Assembly (NCBI GenBank): GCA_022483465.1 | Contig: JAKVNF010000004.1 | Span: 307,713-371,712 of the forward strand | Length of the DNA stretch: 64,000 nucleotides | Origin: Lachnospiraceae bacterium | Lineage (GTDB): Bacteria; Bacillota; Clostridia; Lachnospirales; Lachnospiraceae | Direction: 5' to 3' | The notes under the pieces: generated by a model | What the model was told of the DNA's origin: nothing | The model's database searches: none | Seen by the model: only the letters and a program-made list of their open reading frames with translations | Program-made: the position numbers and the translations under genes | Part shown: positions 1 through 7,683 of the stretch, piece after piece | Layout: each line of letters opens with the position of its first letter | Numbering within the stretch: position 1 is the stretch's first letter

Positions 1-94
1 CCCCGATGTTCCGAAAGACCTTTGCCCGATAGGCCTGGGCATACTCGACACCGCTGGAGGCCCAGCCGATGCCGCGATTGAAGCAGTAAATCAT
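1..94 (-). CDS. gtfA: Glycosyltransferase GtfA (SRRP O-GlcNAc transferase); only the N-terminal 31 codons are present and the gene runs off the left edge
   Basis: Reverse-strand translation from the ATG at 94-92 gives MIYCFNRGIGWASSGVEYAQAYRAKVFRNIG, matching the conserved GtfA N-terminus (GIGWASSGVEYAQAYR). It lies 24 nt downstream of secA2, as in canonical aSec loci. Confidence 0.7.
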   Translation of the reverse strand, partial: MIYCFNRGIGWASSGVEYAQAYRAKVFRNIG

Positions 95-118
95 CTTCCT
101 CTTCCTTTCGTCTGTCTG

Positions 119-2467
119 TCAGGGCATCCGCACCTGGATGCCGCCCGTTTCGGTATGTACCACCTCGCCCAGGAGGATGCAGCGCATCGCCTGGGCCTTG
201 ACCGTGCCCTCCATGCGCACAAAGGCCGAAAAGGCTTCCTGGTGGTACTCATAGATCACGTTCTTCTGCGCATACTGTCGGCCCGCCACAGCGGACCGCA
301 GCTGCTGCAGATAGTCTACCTGCTCCACCCAGGCATCGTCCAGTGCGCGAAGGAGCATCCTGCGCAGGAACAGCGCAAAGTATTCCTCTTTGCCGATCGC
401 CTGCTTCTGCCGCGCAAAGGCTTCCCTGGCGAGGTCCAGGACCACATCCCGGATCCGGTCCCTGGTGGAAAAATCCCAGCGGTCAAAGGCGGCCGGCAGC
501 CGGTAGGTGATGTTGTCGAGGCAGTACCGGGCCACCGCATCGACGCCGGGAAGGCCCGGAGTCTTCTCCAGCCAGGCATCCACGGCGTCCCGCTCCATGG
601 CGAGGTAATAGGCATCGTCCTCCGGGACCTTCTTTAAGATCTTGTCCCGCATCCCGTAGACCAGCTGGCGCTGCCTGGAGAGGCTGACCGCGTACTCCGC
701 GGTGCTTCGCCTTGCGAGGCGCCCCTGCTCCTCACTGACCTTCTGGGCCTGCCGGCAGGCGTCGACCAGCCGGGGCGCGGAGATCGCCCGGTCCGTGGTC
801 CGATATTTCCGGAGGGACTTTTTTCCGTGGTCCCGGATCACCGTGTCGTCCAGGCTCACAAACACCCGGGAGGACCCGGGATCCCCCTGCCGGCCCGCCC
901 GGCCCCTGGCCTGCAGCTCGGTGCGCCGGTTCTCCATCTCCCCGACGATCAGAACGGAGAGGCCTCCCAAAGCGTCCGCGCCCTCTCCCAGCTTGATGTC
1001 AGTGCCGCGGCCGGCCATGCCGGTCGCCACCGTAACCGCGCCCTTCTGCCCGGCCTCCTTGATGATCTGGGCCTCCTTGGCGGCATTGTGGGCGTTGAGC
1101 ACGCTGTGGGGGATGCCGTCCTCCAAGAGAAGGCCCGAGACGAGCTCGGAGATCCCGATGGACTCGGTGACGACCAGCACCGGCCGCCCGGTCTCGTGCT
1201 CCTTGGTCAGCTCCTCCATGACCGCCATCAGCTGGGCCCGCAGGTTCGAATAGTACTTTGGCGCGAAGTCCTTTCGGCGGCAGGGCCGGTGGGTCGGGAT
1301 CCGGACGACCTCACAGCCGTAGGTGCCCCGGAGCTCCTCCGCATCCTGCACCGCCGTGCCCGACATCCCCGAGAGCTTCGGAAACAGGTTGAAGAAGTCC
1401 TGGTAGGTGACGCAGGCCATCTGCCGGTTCTCCTGGGTGAGCGCCACGTGCTCCTTGGCCTCCAGCGCCTGGTGGAGGCCGATCCCGAGCTTTGTGTTCT
1501 CCAGCATGCGGCCGGAGGACGCATCCAGAAGGACCACCTTTCCCCGGTCCACCAGGTAGTCCTTCTCCCGCTCCATGGTCTTCTGGGCCCGCAGGGCGAG
1601 GCAGATGTGCCGAAGGAGCTCCCCATTTTCCGGGGCAAACAGGTTGGCGACGGCAAAGTACTTCTGCGCCCGCTGGATACCGCTGTCGGTCAGAAAGATC
1701 TTGGTGTGGTCCTTCACCTCGAAGTCCTCCTCCCGGAGCATGCTGACGAAGTCGTCGGTGATGGCGTAGAGGTTGGACTGGACCCGCGGCGCGCCGGAGA
1801 TCACCAGAGGCGTCTGGGCGCTGTCGAGCAGCACCGCGTCCGCCTCGTCCACGATCACGTAGTAGAAGGGGCGCAGAAACCGATCCCTCGGGCTGCGGCT
1901 CAGGTTTTCGATCAGGTAGTCAAAGCCCAGGGTCGCGTTGGTGGTGTAGACGATGTCGCAGGCGTAGATCTGCCGCTTCTTCTCGGCGGTAAGCCGCTGT
2001 CCCGGCTGGGTGGTCACGCCGATGCCGGTGGTCATTCCGAGAAAGGCGTAGAGCTGGCTCAGCTGTCCCCCGTCCCGGGCCGCCAGGTACTCGTTGGTGG
2101 TGACCAGGATGCAGCTCTTTCCGGTCAGGGCGTTGAGGTAGAGGGGCATGGCGGCCGAGAGGGTCTTGCCCTCCCCGGTCTTCATCTCGGCGATGTCCCC
2201 GTAGTGGAGGGCGATTGCCCCCAGCACCTGCACGTCATAGGGGACCATCTGCAGCACGCGCCCCGCCGCCTCCCGCACCAGGGCATAGCTCTCCGGAAGG
2301 AGCTGCTCCAGGCTCTCACCCGCCTGGAAGCGTGCCCGGAGCTTTTCTGTCATTTCCGCAAAGTCCCCGTCGGAGAGCTGTTTCATGGCCGGGGCCAGGG
2401 CATTGATCCTGCGCAGGATCTTTTTGTATTTGTTCAGTCTCCAGGAGGAGACCGCCTGCTGCATCAT
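119..2467 (-). CDS. secA2: Accessory Sec system translocase ATPase SecA2
   Basis: 782 aa, which is SecA2-sized and shorter than housekeeping SecA. It has the SecA DEAD-motor motifs MKTGEGKTL (Walker A), VDEADAVLLD, TNMAGRGTDI-like (TGMAGRGTDIKLG) and GRAGRQGDPG. Its start overlaps the asp3 stop (ATGA). The neighbours are secY2 and asp1-3. Confidence 0.9.
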   Translation of the reverse strand: MMQQAVSSWRLNKYKKILRRINALAPAMKQLSDGDFAEMTEKLRARFQAGESLEQLLPESYALVREAAGRVLQMVPYDVQVLGAIALHYGDIAEMKTGEGKTLSAAMPLYLNALTGKSCILVTTNEYLAARDGGQLSQLYAFLGMTTGIGVTTQPGQRLTAEKKRQIYACDIVYTTNATLGFDYLIENLSRSPRDRFLRPFYYVIVDEADAVLLDSAQTPLVISGAPRVQSNLYAITDDFVSMLREEDFEVKDHTKIFLTDSGIQRAQKYFAVANLFAPENGELLRHICLALRAQKTMEREKDYLVDRGKVVLLDASSGRMLENTKLGIGLHQALEAKEHVALTQENRQMACVTYQDFFNLFPKLSGMSGTAVQDAEELRGTYGCEVVRIPTHRPCRRKDFAPKYYSNLRAQLMAVMEELTKEHETGRPVLVVTESIGISELVSGLLLEDGIPHSVLNAHNAAKEAQIIKEAGQKGAVTVATGMAGRGTDIKLGEGADALGGLSVLIVGEMENRRTELQARGRAGRQGDPGSSRVFVSLDDTVIRDHGKKSLRKYRTTDRAISAPRLVDACRQAQKVSEEQGRLARRSTAEYAVSLSRQRQLVYGMRDKILKKVPEDDAYYLAMERDAVDAWLEKTPGLPGVDAVARYCLDNITYRLPAAFDRWDFSTRDRIRDVVLDLAREAFARQKQAIGKEEYFALFLRRMLLRALDDAWVEQVDYLQQLRSAVAGRQYAQKNVIYEYHQEAFSAFVRMEGTVKAQAMRCILLGEVVHTETGGIQVRMP

Positions 2468-3258
2468 ATGTTCCTCCCCGACAGGAAGTCCTGCATCCTG
2501 CCGATTCCGTCAAACGCGCGGTGCTCCGCACCGGGCAGGGAAGCCGCAATCCGCGCCCCGGCGCTCTTTGTCTTTTCGCCGTAGGTCGCGATCACCACCT
2601 TCCGATAGCCCCTTGTCAGCTCCTCCAGGGAGGTCTTCCCCGCGAAGGATGCGTCCGGGACAAGATACGGCGTCGGAAGCATCATCGCCCGAAGGCCCGG
2701 CACCGGGTCCGGCAGCGCCGGGATCCGGATCATCCGACTTGTGCCCTCGGGGATGACCAAAACCAGTGTGGTATCCCCGCGCTCTTTATCCGAAACGGGA
2801 AGGGGCTCCTCCTCGGGCGCCTCCTCCACCTCGATGTGATCGAACCAGAGCGACCTGGCGCCAGCCCAGAGCAGCTCCATCTTCCAGGAAAAGGTCCCCG
2901 CCGGGCACACGAACCGGTCCGTCCGGTGCTCGCTGACAAAGAAGGCGCACTGCTCCCCGTAGCGGTCGAAAAACCGAAGCCGCAGGAGCACCGTCCCCTC
3001 CGGGTCATCCCGAAGAAAGGTCCGGAGCTGATACGCCTTTCTCTCCTCCAGGATGGGAAGCTGGGCCTCCACCCGGTCCCGCTGGTAGGCCCAGGCGCTG
3101 GACCAGGTCCGGATCGCCTGGCCGGAGGGCATAAACCGGTTTTCGAACTGGATCGGCCCCTGCCGGTTCCAGTCCAGTTCGGTCCCGTAGAGGTAGGTAT
3201 CCTTCGCCCCGCCATCCCAGCGGATGATAAAAATGCACTGATTCTGATAGGTTCTCAT
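2464..3258 (-). CDS. asp3: Accessory Sec system protein Asp3 with an extra C-terminal domain of about 110 aa
   Basis: The position between asp2 and secA2 fits. The start was refined to MRTYQNQCIFIIRWDG, whose ATG (3258) overlaps the asp2 stop as ATGA. The N-terminal ~150 aa (YGTELDW...FMPSGQAIRTWSSAWAYQRD...LPILEERKAYQL) has the Asp3 pattern. Residues from about 160 onward have no canonical Asp3 counterpart. Confidence 0.65.
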   Translation of the reverse strand: MRTYQNQCIFIIRWDGGAKDTYLYGTELDWNRQGPIQFENRFMPSGQAIRTWSSAWAYQRDRVEAQLPILEERKAYQLRTFLRDDPEGTVLLRLRFFDRYGEQCAFFVSEHRTDRFVCPAGTFSWKMELLWAGARSLWFDHIEVEEAPEEEPLPVSDKERGDTTLVLVIPEGTSRMIRIPALPDPVPGLRAMMLPTPYLVPDASFAGKTSLEELTRGYRKVVIATYGEKTKSAGARIAASLPGAEHRAFDGIGRMQDFLSGRNI

Positions 3259-4748
3259 CTTCCAAAGTCCTCGCGCAGGATGCGCCGGTACTGGCTGACA
3301 AACCACTCCACCACCGCGCCGGTGTTGTCGTTGTGCCGCCCGGTGATGCGCTTGCCGTAGATCGTGGCGTGCTTGCCCCGAAGGTGGGCGAGCAGATCCT
3401 GATAGGCCGTCGGGTCGTAGTCATCCTGGGCCATGTAGGAGACGGCGGCCTCCGTTCCCTCCCAGTCGGCCGCGTCCACCCGGGCAAAGACCCGCCGGTT
3501 GAGTTCCTCCACCCCGTCGGACCCGGCAAAGCGCTGCAGGATGTCGAGGGAGGTGGGAAATCCGCCGGGGCGCAGGAGCCGCTCGTTGACGGCGATGCTC
3601 CCCAGGTTCAGAAGGGGTTTTCCCACGATCAGCGCATGGGGATGGAACTTCGCCCCGTAGTAGACCGCGCCGAAGGACCCCATGGAGATGCCGGACAGGA
3701 TCAGCTGGTCCTCGGTAAAGTGCAGGCGCTCCAGGGTCTGGCGGATGACGGACCGGATGCGCTCCTCAAAGTCCGGATCCCCCAGGTAGAAGGCGCCGCC
3801 CTCCAGGGCCATGTCGGTGACCAGAAGAAACGGCGTCCCCAGACCCTGCATCATGTGCAGGCCCTCAAAGCCCTCCGCCGTGCGGTAGCCGGAAAAGTAC
3901 ACGCAAAGCGGCGGCCTTAAATCGCCGGGCTCAAAGTAGACGGCGGCCTCCCGCCCGTCCTGCCCTGCAAGGCGCTGCCCGCCGGGAAAGAACACCCCGG
4001 CGCCCTGCCGCGCGTATCTTGTGTGGAGCGGGCCCACCAAGAGCTCCCCCTCCCCTCTGGCAAGCAGGGTGACGGAAAGGGTGCCCCGCCCCTTCGAGCA
4101 GAGGCAGATGGGCTGCGAGAGGTCTTCCTCCGAGAGGTCCCAGGTTTTGGCCACGGTATCCAGGCTTCCCTCCCCAATCTGCCGCACGCGGATCGAGAAG
4201 GAGACGCCCTCCCCCGCCAGGATCTCCCACCAGAAATCCAGCGGCTGCTCCTCCCAGATCAGGATGGAGCTTCGGACCGTCAGGACCGGGACAGCCGTTT
4301 TGCCGTCCCCAAAGCGCTGGGAGAGCACCATGCGGTTGTGGCCCCGATACTGGATGTGGTCCACAAAGGCAGGATTGGGGCGAAAGTCCCCCAGCGCCCT
4401 GCGCTCGCCGTACTGCCCGCGAAAATAGCGGACCGCAAAGTGCTGCAAAAAGGCGTCATACGCCTCCTGCGGAAGATACGCTGCCAGCTTGCAGGCAAGA
4501 AACGGACCCATGACGGGATCGGCGGGAAGGGCCGGATCCTTGAAGAATACCCGGTGTGGCAGGGCGGTCTGCGTGAGGATTGCGATCTCCTCCCGGGAGA
4601 GCAGCCGGTCGATGACCACGCCGTCCCAGGCCTCCTTCGTCTCCTCCGGGACCTGGCTTCGGATATGAAGCAGCACTCCTGCTGCCACCTCCCGGTCCAT
4701 ATCCGGAAGGCTCCCGACTTCCAGAATGGAAAGCGGTCTGTCAGCCAT
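3255..4748 (-). CDS. asp2: Accessory Sec system protein Asp2 (alpha/beta-hydrolase, SRRP O-acetyltransferase type)
   Basis: The start was refined to MADRPLSILEVG, whose ATG at 4748 overlaps the asp1 stop. The C-terminal half carries the GxSxG nucleophile elbow (GISMGSFGA) plus downstream Asp and His (GRHNDN), typical of the Asp2 catalytic triad. The gene order is as in aSec operons. Confidence 0.85.
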   Translation of the reverse strand: MADRPLSILEVGSLPDMDREVAAGVLLHIRSQVPEETKEAWDGVVIDRLLSREEIAILTQTALPHRVFFKDPALPADPVMGPFLACKLAAYLPQEAYDAFLQHFAVRYFRGQYGERRALGDFRPNPAFVDHIQYRGHNRMVLSQRFGDGKTAVPVLTVRSSILIWEEQPLDFWWEILAGEGVSFSIRVRQIGEGSLDTVAKTWDLSEEDLSQPICLCSKGRGTLSVTLLARGEGELLVGPLHTRYARQGAGVFFPGGQRLAGQDGREAAVYFEPGDLRPPLCVYFSGYRTAEGFEGLHMMQGLGTPFLLVTDMALEGGAFYLGDPDFEERIRSVIRQTLERLHFTEDQLILSGISMGSFGAVYYGAKFHPHALIVGKPLLNLGSIAVNERLLRPGGFPTSLDILQRFAGSDGVEELNRRVFARVDAADWEGTEAAVSYMAQDDYDPTAYQDLLAHLRGKHATIYGKRITGRHNDNTGAVVEWFVSQYRRILREDFGR

Positions 4749-6300
4749 CTTCCTTTTCCCCTTTCTCCAGCATTTCTTTCCAGACGGACACCAGGGATCC
4801 TCCGGTGTACTCCTGCGCCTTTTTGACACAGTAGACCAGGGCCTCGTTCCAGTGGGAGAGACCGGTCAGGTAGTAGTCCAGGGCCTCCTCCACGTGGTCG
4901 ATGTTGGGAATGATGTACCCGTCCTTCTGGTGCTCCACGTATCGGGTGAAGCGGTAGTTGACCTGCGGGATGCCGGCGCTGATGCCGGAGATCTGCAGGT
5001 AGAGATCCGGCTGGTCCCGGACATCCACAATGAGACGGATGTCCTCCAGCACCTGGATGAGCTCGCTCTCGGAGCGGACCGTGACAAACCGGATCCTGGG
5101 CGGCTTCTTTTCCTCCTCTCCCGGCTCCTGGTCCTCGTCATCCGGGGCAGCGGCGCCCTCTGTGCCAAATTCCTCCAGATGGAGGCGGACAAGTCGGTCG
5201 GCGAACTGCCGGCGCAGCGCTTCCAGCGCCAGCCCTGCCCGCTCCGTGCCTACAACGAGAACCGTCTGGGAATTGGTCTTCATGTACCGGAAGATCTGTT
5301 CCAGCGCCTTGGAGAGATAGGGCTCCTCCAGGCCGTCCACCGGCAGATAGACCTTGAGGTCCCAGGACCTCTGGCTGCGCCCGAGGGAGAGTCTCGTGTC
5401 AAAGGGGGAGATGTCCCGGACCGGGATCTTTGCCTCCGCGTCCTGCCGCAGAATCTTCGCCTCCCGCTCCCGGTCTGTCACCGCCAGGTCTGCCCCGGCC
5501 AGGAGGCGCTTCACCTCCCGTTCATCCGACAGGTCAAAGCGGCTCTCAAAGAAGGAGAGCACCAGCTTCTGATCCGGGCAGGCATCCAGCACCAGGTGAT
5601 TCTGCCTGGCATCCACCGCGAGGATCAGGCAGTCCTCCGGGGAGGCCTGCCGAAACCTTGCCGTGAGGAGCTCCTGCAGGCAGGCTTCCATGGAGTCATA
5701 GGAGGTCTTTGACACCGCGCCGGCTGCCGCCGCCGCGATCTCCACCCGGCCGCTTTCCAGGTCCCTCGTAAAGCGCAGGGCCCCCTGCGGGTCGTAGAAC
5801 TCCTGCCGCACCGGGACTTCCCCGGCAAAAAAGGTCCGCGAGGAGAAAAAGCCCCGATCATCGAAGATATCCCGGTGATGGACCTGCTCCTTTTCATAGT
5901 AATCGATGGAGAGGAGCCTTCCCTCCTCGTCCAGCTCCACCCGGGCATACCGCTCGCCGCCGCGAAAGGCCGTGATCACAAAGGGCGTCTCGATCCACTC
6001 CAGATCCGCCGGCCAGGACAGATCCTCAAAGGAGAGGACGCCGATGCCGGTGAAGTCCACCCCCTGCAGCACGTCAAAGGCGGACCAGAAGGGCGTCGGA
6101 TAGAGGTTCTGCCGGTGCAGGGCAGCTTCCAGCTGCGGGGCATAGGCCAGGATCCAGATCGCGGTCTCCTCGCCTGCCTGCTGAAACATCCGCAGCTGGC
6201 TGACCGTGTCATCGAAGTGACTCGCCTGGGCCCGATACCAGGGCCGCCCGGCCAGGTTCCAGTTGTGATCCGTATACCAGGATGGAAGGAAGATATACAT
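4741..6300 (-). CDS. asp1: Accessory Sec system protein Asp1
   Basis: 519 aa with the N-terminus MYIFLPSWYTDHNWN, matching the conserved Asp1 start (MYYFIPSWY). It lies between secY2 and asp2. Confidence 0.85.
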   Translation of the reverse strand: MYIFLPSWYTDHNWNLAGRPWYRAQASHFDDTVSQLRMFQQAGEETAIWILAYAPQLEAALHRQNLYPTPFWSAFDVLQGVDFTGIGVLSFEDLSWPADLEWIETPFVITAFRGGERYARVELDEEGRLLSIDYYEKEQVHHRDIFDDRGFFSSRTFFAGEVPVRQEFYDPQGALRFTRDLESGRVEIAAAAAGAVSKTSYDSMEACLQELLTARFRQASPEDCLILAVDARQNHLVLDACPDQKLVLSFFESRFDLSDEREVKRLLAGADLAVTDREREAKILRQDAEAKIPVRDISPFDTRLSLGRSQRSWDLKVYLPVDGLEEPYLSKALEQIFRYMKTNSQTVLVVGTERAGLALEALRRQFADRLVRLHLEEFGTEGAAAPDDEDQEPGEEEKKPPRIRFVTVRSESELIQVLEDIRLIVDVRDQPDLYLQISGISAGIPQVNYRFTRYVEHQKDGYIIPNIDHVEEALDYYLTGLSHWNEALVYCVKKAQEYTGGSLVSVWKEMLEKGEKEDG

Positions 6301-6324
6301 AGTGCCTCCAATGCTGACTTTCTT

Positions 6325-7539
6325 CTATAAAAATGGGCGATACCGGTCCAGCGTGCGCAGCATCCGAACCTCATCCAGTACGGTGTTCCACAGGCCCACC
6401 AGGATGCACAGCGAGGTGGAGAGGGTAAAGAGGTCGGACGAGGTATGCATCGCCTGCCGGCAGATCATGGGCACCGCCACCACCAGAAACAGCATGGCAG
6501 CGCTGCAAAAGGCGGCAAACAGGACGTTCCTGCGGATCTCACGCTTCGTGTCCTGCCCGGGGCGATATCCCGGGATGATGTCGTTATTCTCCTGCATCGT
6601 CTTTGCGATCTCCGACGGGTTGATAAACAGGAACGCCAGCGCAAAGGTCATGGCCACCAAGAGGACACTGTAGATGGCAATGCCGAAGCCGGTGTTCAGG
6701 TTCAGGTTGTCCACGACAAACCGCAGCGCGGGATTGTCCGGATATAACAGGGACAGGAGCCGGCACAGGTAGTAGGGCAGCACGAACAGGGACATCACGT
6801 ACATCACCGGCATCATTCCCGAGGGGTTGAGCTTGACGGCCAGGTAGTCATCCCCCGCCAGATCGTTGTGGAGCATCACATGGCGGATCGGGATGCGGAT
6901 CTCCGAGTTCTCAAACAACATGGTCAGCAGGATGCTGAGCACCGTAAAGAGGATCACGAGCGCCGTCCCCGCTGTGGAGAGCGTCTCCGACGTCTCGGTG
7001 CTGCCGCCAAATGCCAGCATGACCCGTCCCGCAAGGGAAGACTCCACGTTGACCAGAATCAGCGCCGTCTGTCCGCCGATCCCGTGAAGGCGGTTTTGCT
7101 CGGCAAGCCAGGCAACCGCAAAGGCGCCGCCTGTCAGAACCAGAATGGTTGCCGCACTGCGCAGCAGAGAGCTGGAAAAATACCCGTCCCGATAGTTCAG
7201 GCGCGCTGCCGTCACATATGCCTGTATCAGCGCAACCACAAGGCCCAGAAGCGCGGTCACCCGCCTGGCCCGTGCCGGAGAGCTGCGGGCCGTGTCGGCG
7301 GGCATCACCGCCCGAAAGAGCGCTGACACGATCGATGCGGTCATCCAAGGCATCAGGCCCAGGGACAGGAGGGATCCGGAACGGGTCTGGGTTCCGACCA
7401 TTTGCAAAAGAAACGATTGGAATCCCGTCTCCACTGTCGGAGTATAGGTCACCCAGGGAAGGGGAATTTCACGCCCCAATATATACAGGAGCAGGATCAT
7501 CCCGGTGTATCCTGCCTTTTTGCCAACTATCGTCCGCAT
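6325..7539 (-). CDS. secY2: Accessory Sec system translocon subunit SecY2
   Basis: A 404-aa polytopic membrane protein of about 10 TM segments, SecY-like but shorter. It lies immediately downstream of the SRRP gene and upstream of asp1. Confidence 0.85.
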   Translation of the reverse strand: MRTIVGKKAGYTGMILLLYILGREIPLPWVTYTPTVETGFQSFLLQMVGTQTRSGSLLSLGLMPWMTASIVSALFRAVMPADTARSSPARARRVTALLGLVVALIQAYVTAARLNYRDGYFSSSLLRSAATILVLTGGAFAVAWLAEQNRLHGIGGQTALILVNVESSLAGRVMLAFGGSTETSETLSTAGTALVILFTVLSILLTMLFENSEIRIPIRHVMLHNDLAGDDYLAVKLNPSGMMPVMYVMSLFVLPYYLCRLLSLLYPDNPALRFVVDNLNLNTGFGIAIYSVLLVAMTFALAFLFINPSEIAKTMQENNDIIPGYRPGQDTKREIRRNVLFAAFCSAAMLFLVVAVPMICRQAMHTSSDLFTLSTSLCILVGLWNTVLDEVRMLRTLDRYRPFL

Positions 7540-7683
7540 CTTCGCTTCTGTCCTCTTTCTGATCTCTCAGGTTCCTTCTCGGCAAGAAGGAGGTATCTGA
7601 ATCCAGATACCTCCCTCGCAATCATATCCACTTATTTCAATTTTGAGCAAGGCAGATGCGATCTGCTGCGAAATTTCACCGCA

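Noticed and set aside
827-2584. A 585-aa plus-strand ORF opposite secA2. Similar long antisense ORFs are 38134..40128 (-), 46903..48660 (+), 42311..43324 (-), 59623..60771 (-), 20765..21943 (+), 40634..41878 (+) and 16929..18446 (+).
   Set aside because: They lie antisense to genes with clear family signatures. Their composition is Arg/Gly/Pro/Ala-rich and low in complexity, typical of GC-rich non-coding frames, and they have no RBS or recognisable motifs.
7540-7683. Hairpins between the SRRP stop and the secY2 start (GGAGGTATCTG...CAGATACCTCC at 7589-7614; GCAGAT..ATCTGC at 7651-7668), considered as possible terminators or attenuators.
   Set aside because: Neither hairpin is followed by a convincing T-run on the minus strand. 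They could modulate read-through into secY2, but the sequence alone does not support calling a terminator.
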